A stretch of 60,354 nucleotides of DNA from assembly GCA_028281865.1 (NCBI GenBank), contig JANQJB010000068.1, positions 1 through 60,354 on the forward strand. The letters run 5' to 3'. This DNA is from Marinagarivorans sp. Lineage in GTDB: Bacteria; Pseudomonadota; Gammaproteobacteria; Pseudomonadales; Cellvibrionaceae. The notes under the pieces were generated by a model. It saw nothing but the letters and a program-made list of their open reading frames with translations. It ran no database searches and was not told where the DNA came from. Of the stretch, positions 19,590 through 27,773 are shown one piece after another. A program made the translations under genes and the position numbers. The first letter of the stretch is position 1, and each line of letters opens with the position of its first letter.

Positions 19590-20366
19590 TTAATAGTCGA
19601 CAATACCCTCAAGATATAACGCAATCGACTCATAAATTTGCGTTAAAATAGATCCCATAAACGCCAGAGAAATTGTCAACACCAAAAGGCCAACAAATAT
19701 CTTCAAAGGCAAGCTCACGATAAACATATTCACTTGTGGCATTGTTCTCGCCGCAACAGCCATACCCACATCAATCAAAAACAACGAGAAAATTACAGGT
19801 GCAACCACCATTAGCCCGTAGATGAACATCAAGCCAAACTGCCTTACCATCAAACCGATATTCCAAGAAAACAAGCCCGCTCCAGGCGGTAAAGTCTCCA
19901 GTGAATAGTCGATCCCTTTTACTAATAAAAGATGGCCATCGACCCCAAAAAAAACACCAATTGCCATCAAATACAACAGTGTCCCCAACAATGGACTTTG
20001 GGAGTTTGTTGACGGATCAATAAGATTCGCAATGCCAAAGCCCATTTGAAAATCTAAAATTCTGCCGCCTAATTGCAGCGCTCCAAACGAAGCGAACAAA
20101 CCAAAAGCCATTGCGGAACCAATAATGAACTCGTAAACCAAGCCCTTAAATAGATTCCACCCGGTAAACGCTGAACCCAGCGTCGCCGTATCGAAAACAC
20201 TCGCAGCCAACAAATAGGCCAGAGGCAAAAGTGTTAGTATTCGTATCCGCAACGGAATCTGTAAAATTGAAAACAGAGGCATGAACAAAAAGAAAGCACT
20301 AAGTCTGACAAAAATCATCCAAACTGCTATCAAAAACTGCCAATCTGCACTTATAGTCAAAGACAA
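19590..20366 (-). CDS. fliR: Flagellar export apparatus protein FliR
   Basis: 258 aa polytopic membrane protein. N-terminus DWQFLIAVWMIFVRLSAFFLFMPLFS aligns with the FliR N-terminal region. The start at 20366 is a TTG. Confidence 0.85.
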   Translation of the reverse strand: MSLTISADWQFLIAVWMIFVRLSAFFLFMPLFSILQIPLRIRILTLLPLAYLLAASVFDTATLGSAFTGWNLFKGLVYEFIIGSAMAFGLFASFGALQLGGRILDFQMGFGIANLIDPSTNSQSPLLGTLLYLMAIGVFFGVDGHLLLVKGIDYSLETLPPGAGLFSWNIGLMVRQFGLMFIYGLMVVAPVIFSLFLIDVGMAVAARTMPQVNMFIVSLPLKIFVGLLVLTISLAFMGSILTQIYESIALYLEGIVDY

Positions 20367-20599
20367 GACCTGCTTTGTCGCGTATCGCTATCCTCGCAAT
20401 GCTGCATCGCCTTTGGTTCTCTATTACCTATTAATAAAACGTTACCTAATACCAAATTGGAAATCGATTATGATGCTACACATTTATTTAATACTTATTT
20501 CAGCACTCGCTATATTGAGACGCAGATAGCTGAAGCAGTTCATATCTTCAATAAATTCTCTTTTTAACTCAGTTAAGAGAACTACTTTTTCCCAATTCG

Positions 20600-20866
20600 T
20601 CAAAAAAAATTCGGTATATTTGCTATAAGATTTCTGGAGAAATCGACGACCATGCTCAACATCCACGGACCCAGAACAATCAGCGAAATGGCTACTGTAA
20701 AAAGTTTTGGAATAAAAGCAAGAGACATTTCTTGGATTTGGGTAATTACTTGAAAAATACTGATCATCAAACCAACTAACATTGTGAAACCCAGTATCGG
20801 AGCACATACCTTAATTGCAGTCCACATCATCTCGGAAGAAATAACCATTGCTAGGTCATTGGTCAT
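20600..20866 (-). CDS. fliQ: Flagellar export apparatus protein FliQ
   Basis: 88 aa, two TM segments. MWTAIKVCAPILGFTMLVGLMISIFQVITQIQEMSLAFIPKLF is a FliQ/SctS signature. Confidence 0.9.
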   Translation of the reverse strand: MTNDLAMVISSEMMWTAIKVCAPILGFTMLVGLMISIFQVITQIQEMSLAFIPKLFTVAISLIVLGPWMLSMVVDFSRNLIANIPNFF

Positions 20867-21561
20867 ATCAGTATTTCCATTGTAAAGGAATGCCTAATAA
20901 CGACGGACATTATTCCGAAAAACATACTTTGTCAACAATAAACAATTTCTATAATATAAAGTTACAGCAACTACTAAAATCAAAAAACCCTTAATTGAAA
21001 CAGGTGTGTGTTCTTTTCTTTACGCGCCATAAACACAATGTTAACGGGGTTCTCTGATAAAAAAAATAACAAAAATTGGTGAAAATGATGAAAGTATGAG
21101 CAGAAACAGAGCTACAGCATAATATTTTCGAAGATCAAAAACCCACTCATCACAAAACCTTATAAAAGTTCAATAAAATCATCGCAATGAAATGCTTTTG
21201 CGAGATTAGATATTAAATTTATGCTGTCACCGATCTATTCAATATGGCGTACTAACTAATTAGCCAAATAATAAGATCAAAATTTAATCTAACGAAGACC
21301 GTTTCTTTAACAAACCTAAGCGCGAAGCTGTCTAATATTGAATAACCAATTAACTAGAAAAAAAATAGCACTTTATAACTAAGAACTAGGCATATTGAAT
21401 TTTGTCATCTTTAATTTATTTTCAGGTTAAAGCTCCCTAGGTTTTATGAACGCAAAACCAGAATGGAAAAATTGGTAGTAGCCTACAAACTTTGTTCAAG
21501 TTACACTTTGCTAATCAGTGATATTAAGTCTTTTGTCTACACGTTAATACGTTCGAATGGA

Positions 21562-22056
21562 ATGTTAGGAGTAATCGTGGATACAGAATATAAGGGTCAA
21601 TTAGCATTAGCGACCAACCTCGCAAAAGATAGGCAATTTGATCAAGCCATCGTCATTCTTAAATCACTTGTTAGTGAAAATAGTAAGGATGAAATTGTGC
21701 TAGGCCTGTTGGCCTCCATCTACTTTCAAATTGGAATGGAGGAGCACGCTAAAGACTTTTATTTAAAAATTCTTACAGTCAATCCAGAAAATGCTCTGGC
21801 CGCTTTTCAGCTCGGGCTAGCCCAGTTGTCCACGGGGCAGGCTCAAGAGGCCGTTGATACATGGGCGCCTTTATTGAAAAACGAGCAAGAATTTATGGCT
21901 CATTTTCATACCGGCCTTGCGTTTTTGGAATTAGAGAGACCGGTCGAAGCCTTAAATGTCTTACAGATTGCCCGCCTCAATATGCCCAAATCTCACCCAC
22001 TGTTCGAAAAAGCTGACGAAATTATAGCCTCTCTGGAGAATGATAATGACGAGTGA
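21562..22056 (+). CDS. Small TPR-repeat protein
   Basis: TPR-like helices (AFQLGLAQLSTGQAQEAV...GLAFLELERPVEA). The track ORF starts at 21463. An internal ATG at 21562 or a GTG at 21577 preceded by AGGAGT is the more likely start. Confidence 0.55.
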   Translation: MLGVIVDTEYKGQLALATNLAKDRQFDQAIVILKSLVSENSKDEIVLGLLASIYFQIGMEEHAKDFYLKILTVNPENALAAFQLGLAQLSTGQAQEAVDTWAPLLKNEQEFMAHFHTGLAFLELERPVEALNVLQIARLNMPKSHPLFEKADEIIASLENDNDE

Positions 22057-23239
22057 TGTCAACGAGTTAAAATCAAAAATCCAAAAATATGAAAGCTATA
22101 TCCAGCACGACCCCGAAAACACCTTACTTTGGATAAGCATTGGAGACCTTTATCATGCAAGTGGTCAGTTAGACAAAGCCACTGCCTGCTTTGAGAAAAC
22201 ACTGCTTATCGACGGCGAAAACACGATAGCAAGAGCACGGCTCGGAAACGTTTTACTCTCCCAGCACCAGTTTTCAGAAGCGGAAAAGTTGTACATCTCA
22301 GCGCTGAGCGATGAGCAAGACCCCACCTTGCAGCACAACTTGGGGCTTTCGTTGTTTTACCAAAAAAAATGGTCAGAAGCTCTGCACGCTTTTGAATCTT
22401 CGAGCGCTAATGGTATTGCAGACCCTCAAAATACCGAATATTTGGTCTATGCGCTTCATCATATGGACAAAACCGAAGAGGCGTTGGCACTCGGGCAACA
22501 ATGGCTGGATCTCGCACCAGGTCCGCGCACAGAGGGCTACATTTCCATGTTAGAAATGGACCATGGCGACATGGGCGCTGCGACGGAAAGAGCCAATCGC
22601 GTCATAGAAGAAGACCCAGAAAATGCCGATGCGAATACGGTGCTCGGTACATTCAAAATGGAGCAACAGGAAGTCGCCAAAGCACGCGCACATTTCGAAC
22701 GTGTTGTTGGCCGGGAATCTGACAGCCCGCGGGGTTGGCAGGGGCTTGGACTCACGTACATGTATGAGCAAAACTTTGATCGCGCGATGGAGTGCTTTTT
22801 GCGGGCACAATCATTTATGCCCGACAATGCGACAAACAGTTTGATTATGGGATGGTTGGAATTAGCAAGAACCAAACCAGTCGAAGCAGAAATGTACTTT
22901 CGCCGCTCAATCGAGTTGGATCGCAATTTCGGCGAGGCACACGGCGGACTTGCAGCTGCACTAATTCTACAAAATAAAAAAGAAGAAGCTAAGGAGGAAA
23001 TTAAGCGCTCTCAGGGGCTTGACCCAGAGGGTTTTGGCGCTGTCTACGCGGCCAGTATTCTTATGCAACTCGAAGGTCGTGGGGCACTAGGCACTAAGTT
23101 AATGGCAAGATTATTCGAGCGAACGCCTCCGCATGGGGACAAACCGTTAATTGATTACATTCAAGTATTTTTAAAACAACAATCTGCTGCGGAAAAAGCA
23201 GCTAATCGGAAGAATGCATTACCAAAGAAAAAACGTTAG
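22040..23239 (+). CDS. TPR-repeat protein (about 8 TPR units)
   Basis: 399 aa with repeated W/LG..Y.....A...F..AL motifs throughout. 17-bp overlap with the upstream TPR gene. Confidence 0.7.
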   Translation: MIMTSDVNELKSKIQKYESYIQHDPENTLLWISIGDLYHASGQLDKATACFEKTLLIDGENTIARARLGNVLLSQHQFSEAEKLYISALSDEQDPTLQHNLGLSLFYQKKWSEALHAFESSSANGIADPQNTEYLVYALHHMDKTEEALALGQQWLDLAPGPRTEGYISMLEMDHGDMGAATERANRVIEEDPENADANTVLGTFKMEQQEVAKARAHFERVVGRESDSPRGWQGLGLTYMYEQNFDRAMECFLRAQSFMPDNATNSLIMGWLELARTKPVEAEMYFRRSIELDRNFGEAHGGLAAALILQNKKEEAKEEIKRSQGLDPEGFGAVYAASILMQLEGRGALGTKLMARLFERTPPHGDKPLIDYIQVFLKQQSAAEKAANRKNALPKKKR

Positions 23240-23274
23240 TTGAATGTCCTAAAACATACTAAGGGTAATTTCTA

Positions 23275-23697
23275 ATGAACGCTATTTTGGGAGTATCTAC
23301 TGTTGTAAAAATTAATCTAAAAATTATCGCTGTATTAATCATATTATTGCTTTTTTTATCCTGCTCGTATATTACTCAAGGTTACAAAATAGAGCAGGTC
23401 TCTTCGGCTAAATTTGGCACCAGCCAATCAGTAGAAATTATCCGCGAAAAACCCAAGCGAGCATTTTCAATTATCGCAACATTTGAAGGTAATGAACTGA
23501 ATCAGTGTAAAGGCAAGGAGGAATTTTGTCAGCTCATTAAATTGGCGAAAAAGTCAGGGGCTGACGCAGCATGGATACAAGGCCACACTAAAAGCGAACA
23601 GCCTGGTCAGTGGATAACCTATGAAAATAAACCAATGTATATACGTCCTTACACAGTAGAGAGATTCCGCGGCGTTTTTATCAAGTTTGAAAATTAG
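23275..23697 (+). CDS. Predicted lipoprotein, function unknown
   Basis: 140 aa. Hydrophobic leader ending in the lipobox FLSC. Third gene of the TPR-TPR-lipoprotein operon. Confidence 0.5.
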   Translation: MNAILGVSTVVKINLKIIAVLIILLLFLSCSYITQGYKIEQVSSAKFGTSQSVEIIREKPKRAFSIIATFEGNELNQCKGKEEFCQLIKLAKKSGADAAWIQGHTKSEQPGQWITYENKPMYIRPYTVERFRGVFIKFEN

Positions 23698-24212
23698 TAA
23701 GCAAAAATATTCAACGAGTTACAACGAAAGGGTCAATACGGAGGTCGGCGCAGTTGCCCTACCTCCATAACCCGCAGATTTGGCCAGTAGTTTTAGTTTG
23801 CCGCTGCTCGGGGCTAAACTTACCCCGGCGCAGCCGGTTTAGATAAATTTGAGCCTGGCGCAGCGGTAACAATATCGTCACCTTTAATCCAGGCTTCAAT
23901 GCCTGTCGATACAGAAGGCGCACTGATTGATCTGCGATACTCTTAGTTTAACCAACTCCCAGACTGAAACAGTGATGATATTTGAAATGCTGAATTGCTT
24001 ACGCAGATAAGTTTATTGCTTCATCAAAATCTGCATCGCCTTTGATGCTAAGCCACGATAATTTGCACACTGAGTCATATCTCGCCTCCTCAATACTCGC
24101 CTCCTCAATAATAGGTAAAGACAAGATACGAGCTTAACTACAATGGCTATTGAATATTTTCGACATCGCGAGTTATATCATTCAACCGCACCGCGATTAT
24201 CTAGTGCTACTT

Positions 24213-24512
24213 TTACTGAATTTCACTAAGAGAGAGCTCGCACATATCAATCCACGTGCCCTTTTTCGAAACGGGTATCAGTACTCTATCCTTCATCGGT
24301 TTCCCTGTGCCCGGATCATGAGGTAGGCCCTCACTGTTCTCAATAAGTCTTTGTACGCTCTCCGGTTTTAGTTTGACAGTTAAATCACCTTTATAAAACA
24401 TGGCAAACATTTTACCTTTATACTTTAGACCTTGCGCACCTTTACCTTCAGCAATTTCCACTTTCGCGTTGCCTCGAAAATGCGCCTTTACCTTATCGTA
24501 CACTTCACTCAC
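24213..24512 (-). CDS. Small protein resembling the MmcQ/YjbR family
   Basis: 99 aa. GKMFAMFYKGDLTVKLKPESVQRLIE loosely matches the FAM...V.LK..PE pattern of the YjbR family. Confidence 0.4.
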   Translation of the reverse strand: MSEVYDKVKAHFRGNAKVEIAEGKGAQGLKYKGKMFAMFYKGDLTVKLKPESVQRLIENSEGLPHDPGTGKPMKDRVLIPVSKKGTWIDMCELSLSEIQ

Positions 24513-24758
24513 CCGTAGTCTCCAATTTAAAAATTATATTTGAGATAGATTCTTTCATGTTTAGCGCTCGCAAAAGCAGCGAACAGCCTGTTGCGATTAT
24601 AACGGTTGAGAAGTAAAACCACCTTTATTTTATTTAAAAGAATCCGAACCGCGCCATATACAAACAGAGGTCAAATTGACCTAAACAATTTTTTATATAA
24701 TATTAGGCCGTTTTAAAACTATCGACTGTTATCCGCGGACTTAACTTACGAAACTGCC

Positions 24759-26177
24759 ATGGATTTTCCCTTTTTGCTCGATATCGTCCTACGCCTTTTG
24801 TTCACCGGAATTATCATTTATCGCAACAAAAGTTCTTCGCCCGTGCGCCTCGGTTGGGTGATCGTTGTTTTACTGATTCCATTTATCGGTATGATTTTAT
24901 ATCTGCTGTTTGGTGAAGTTTGGCGCGACCGCGGGCGCCTGGCGCGACATAAAGCCATTATCGAGCGAGTGCGCAAGCAAATGGAAACTATAACTATTGC
25001 GCCATCCGCTCCTGACGACAAGCCGCAAAACGCCTACTCTAAAGTAGCAAATGCCTTTGAGTTTCAGGGAGCTTTTCCATTCCGTCAGGGCAACCAATTA
25101 CAACTTTTCAGCGACCCCAAACAAACCGTGCTTAAAATCGCTGAAGACATAGACCAGTCGAAAAAGAGCTGTCATTTACTTTTTTATATCTGGCTCGATG
25201 ATAACTCGGGAAACTTGGTAGCAAATGCGTTGATTCGCGCTCGGCAACGCGGCGTTGAATGTCGGGTTCTTGTTGATGCGATGGGTTCTGCTCAGTTTCT
25301 GAATTCTGCACTTAAAAAACGCATGGACGATGGAGGCGTGGAAGTGGTGGCCTCGTTTCCGTTGTCGGTCTTCGATATCCGCATCGATCACCGCAACCAC
25401 CGCAAAATAATTGTTATCGATGGCAACATCGGATGGACAGGTAGCCGTAACTTGGCCGACGCCGAATTCAGAATTAAACCCGATTTTGCACCCTGGGTTG
25501 ATATCATGGTGCGGATCTACGGACCTTCAGTGTACGATCTGCAAATAGTGTTCATCGAGGACTGGTTACTTGAGCAGGATGTGCCGATCGAAACCTTGAT
25601 GACACCTCTACCAAAACCCGAAAATAACCAATCGCAAGTTCAGGTATTCGCTTCCGGACCAACCCTGGATTTTCGAACATTGCGTCAAATAGTCGTGATA
25701 TCCTTGTTCATTGCCAAACGCGAACTGATTATCACAACACCGTATTTTGTGCCCGATGAAGCCAGCATAACGGCCTATTGCGGCCTCGCACGATCCGGCA
25801 CGCGGACAATATTAATCTTACCCAAGCGCAACGATTCCCGATTGGTCGCTGCTGCCAGCCACAGTTTCTATCAGGATCTGCTTGACGCCGGTGTGGAAAT
25901 TTATGAATATCGGCCCGGCCTATTGCACTCCAAAACCATCACCATTGACGGTCAATTGTCCATTCTCGACACAGCCAATTTCGATCGCCGCAGTTTTGAA
26001 CTGAATTACGAAATAAGTTTTGCTACTACGGATATTACTTTCACTTCCCAGTTGCGTGATTTACAAATGCAATACATTTCGGACTCCGACAGAATCGACA
26101 TAAATCAATGGTCTCAACGTTCGAGCTACACTCGCTTTATAGAAAATACCGCGCGCTTGTTTGCGCCAATTTTGTGA
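24759..26177 (+). CDS. cls: Cardiolipin synthase (phospholipase D superfamily, two HKD motifs)
   Basis: 472 aa. N-terminal TM pair. HKD motif 1 HRNHRKIIVIDGNIGWTGSRN and HKD motif 2 LHSKTITIDGQLSILDTANFDRRS. Confidence 0.9.
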   Translation: MDFPFLLDIVLRLLFTGIIIYRNKSSSPVRLGWVIVVLLIPFIGMILYLLFGEVWRDRGRLARHKAIIERVRKQMETITIAPSAPDDKPQNAYSKVANAFEFQGAFPFRQGNQLQLFSDPKQTVLKIAEDIDQSKKSCHLLFYIWLDDNSGNLVANALIRARQRGVECRVLVDAMGSAQFLNSALKKRMDDGGVEVVASFPLSVFDIRIDHRNHRKIIVIDGNIGWTGSRNLADAEFRIKPDFAPWVDIMVRIYGPSVYDLQIVFIEDWLLEQDVPIETLMTPLPKPENNQSQVQVFASGPTLDFRTLRQIVVISLFIAKRELIITTPYFVPDEASITAYCGLARSGTRTILILPKRNDSRLVAAASHSFYQDLLDAGVEIYEYRPGLLHSKTITIDGQLSILDTANFDRRSFELNYEISFATTDITFTSQLRDLQMQYISDSDRIDINQWSQRSSYTRFIENTARLFAPIL

Positions 26178-26178
26178 T

Positions 26179-27012
26179 CTACTGTCGGCTTTTTATTTTT
26201 AACAATTCTTCCAGTTGCCTACGCAACAACTCCTTGGCCGGACCGGACTGTCTTAATATCTCCTTGGCTTTGTAAAATTCCAGCATCTGAATATCAACGA
26301 TCTCCGGCTCGATAAATATGTCTGGTGGACCTGCACGTAGTTTATGCTTGAGTATTGTCGTTTGCATGATTTGAAAATTATTGAAAATTGCTTCAGTAAA
26401 CGACGGGATTAAATCTGCGCTTTCAGTGCGGTTGCCCATAACATTGACTGCAATCACGAGGTCACAATCATTCAGCACATCGAAAGGCACGGGATTGACA
26501 GCGCCACCATCGATCAAAACCTGGTCACCAATGACCACCGGTACGAAGATACCTGGCAGAGCCATGCTGGCCTGCACTGCCTGCCGTAGATCCCCTGAAT
26601 CGAATACAACTTGCTCACGCTTCCAGAAATCAGCTGCGACAACTTTAAGCTGGTATTTTAAATCTTCAAATGCCGAAACTCTAACATCGCTCATTAAATC
26701 AGCCATGAAGCTATCCGCTTTTAAAAACGCGTTACCTCCCCAATCAATATTAATATACTTAAGCCAGCGGAATGTGTGCTTGTCTTTAATACTGCGCAAT
26801 AATCCGTCGCCTTTCACATACGTCATCTGCGACACAATATAGCGAATCTCCTTAGCAGAATATCCCGACGCATATAAAACACCTATAATTGCCCCGATAC
26901 TGGTGCCAGCAATTTGATGCACTTGCAATCCAAACTCATCGATCACTTCCAGCATCGGAATATGCGCAAGGCCCTTGGCCCCACCACCGCCCAAAGCAAT
27001 ACCCAGTTTCAT
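26179..27012 (-). CDS. Patatin-like phospholipase (RssA-like)
   Basis: 277 aa. Oxyanion loop GGGGAKGLAH, nucleophile elbow GTSIGAIIG and catalytic Asp in LIDGGAV. Confidence 0.85.
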   Translation of the reverse strand: MKLGIALGGGGAKGLAHIPMLEVIDEFGLQVHQIAGTSIGAIIGVLYASGYSAKEIRYIVSQMTYVKGDGLLRSIKDKHTFRWLKYINIDWGGNAFLKADSFMADLMSDVRVSAFEDLKYQLKVVAADFWKREQVVFDSGDLRQAVQASMALPGIFVPVVIGDQVLIDGGAVNPVPFDVLNDCDLVIAVNVMGNRTESADLIPSFTEAIFNNFQIMQTTILKHKLRAGPPDIFIEPEIVDIQMLEFYKAKEILRQSGPAKELLRRQLEELLKIKSRQ

Positions 27013-27056
27013 TATTAATCACCCGCCCTTTTGCTGATTTGCATATTCAGAAAGTG

Positions 27057-27773
27057 TTATGAAACAAACCCCAGAAATTCTTTCAATGGCCTTAGATAGC
27101 GGCGCGAAATTGGTACTTTCTTTTGCCTTTGTGTTGTTATTTCACCGTTTCCTGCATCAAAGACATCAATTTCTGCAATTGAATTTGGATTGATAAGGTA
27201 TTGACGATGACAGCGTATGAGGTCCGTTTTTTCTTCCATGATTTTTAACGATAAATGAGAGTGTACCACTTCATCAGCGGTTACAATATGGATTCCGGAT
27301 AAGTCTGAATATACATAATCCACATCATTTGGTGCAACAACTTTTAATATTTTCCCGCTAAAACAGGGTAGATGTTTCAGTTTAGATGGTGCTAATTTAC
27401 TAAATTCATTGCTTTTGCTATGCCTTCTAATTTTGTCCAGACATAGATCTAAACGTTGTTCCTCTATAGGTTTTAAAACATAATCGGCAACATTTTTTTC
27501 AAAAGCTTCTAGTGCAAAGTTATCATAGGCAGTAACAAAAACAATATCTACAGCATAGTCTGGATCTATCATTGCAAGCATTTCCATACCAGAAATTCTA
27601 GGCATTTCAATATCTAGAAAAATTAAATCAGGTTTTAATTTAACAATTACCTCCATCGCATCAACGGCATTAGCACACTGACCGACTACACTAATGTCTT
27701 GGTGTTTTTTTAATAATTCAGTCAATTCTTCTCGTGCTGATTGCTCGTCATCAACAATTAATGTACTGATCAT
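27057..27773 (-). CDS. Two-component response regulator, LytTR family
   Basis: 238 aa. Receiver domain (LIVDDEQSAREEL...KPDLIFLDIEMPRISGMEM) followed by a LytTR DNA-binding domain. Overlaps the upstream kinase gene by 23 bp. Confidence 0.9.
   Translation of the reverse strand: MISTLIVDDEQSAREELTELLKKHQDISVVGQCANAVDAMEVIVKLKPDLIFLDIEMPRISGMEMLAMIDPDYAVDIVFVTAYDNFALEAFEKNVADYVLKPIEEQRLDLCLDKIRRHSKSNEFSKLAPSKLKHLPCFSGKILKVVAPNDVDYVYSDLSGIHIVTADEVVHSHLSLKIMEEKTDLIRCHRQYLINPNSIAEIDVFDAGNGEITTQRQKKVPISRRYLRPLKEFLGFVS

Noticed and set aside
20484-20807. 107-aa minus-strand ORF overlapping fliQ in another frame, and plus-strand ORF 20281..20529 overlapping the fliR start
   Set aside because: They overlap well-supported fliQ/fliR coding sequence in alternative frames and have no recognisable motifs. 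Treated as spurious.
21170-21215. Possible sigma-28-like promoter (TAAAAGTT-N11-CGCAATGAA) in the AT-rich region
   Set aside because: It scores only about 5/8 in the -10 element. It is on the plus strand more than 300 bp from the nearest plus-strand gene and in the wrong orientation for the flagellar cluster. In AT-rich DNA a chance match is likely.
22311-22977. Cluster of 60-130 aa ORFs on both strands (for example 22537..22926 -, 22501..22722 +)
   Set aside because: All are nested inside the well-supported 399-aa TPR gene in alternative frames. They are typical artefacts of a locally GC-richer coding region.
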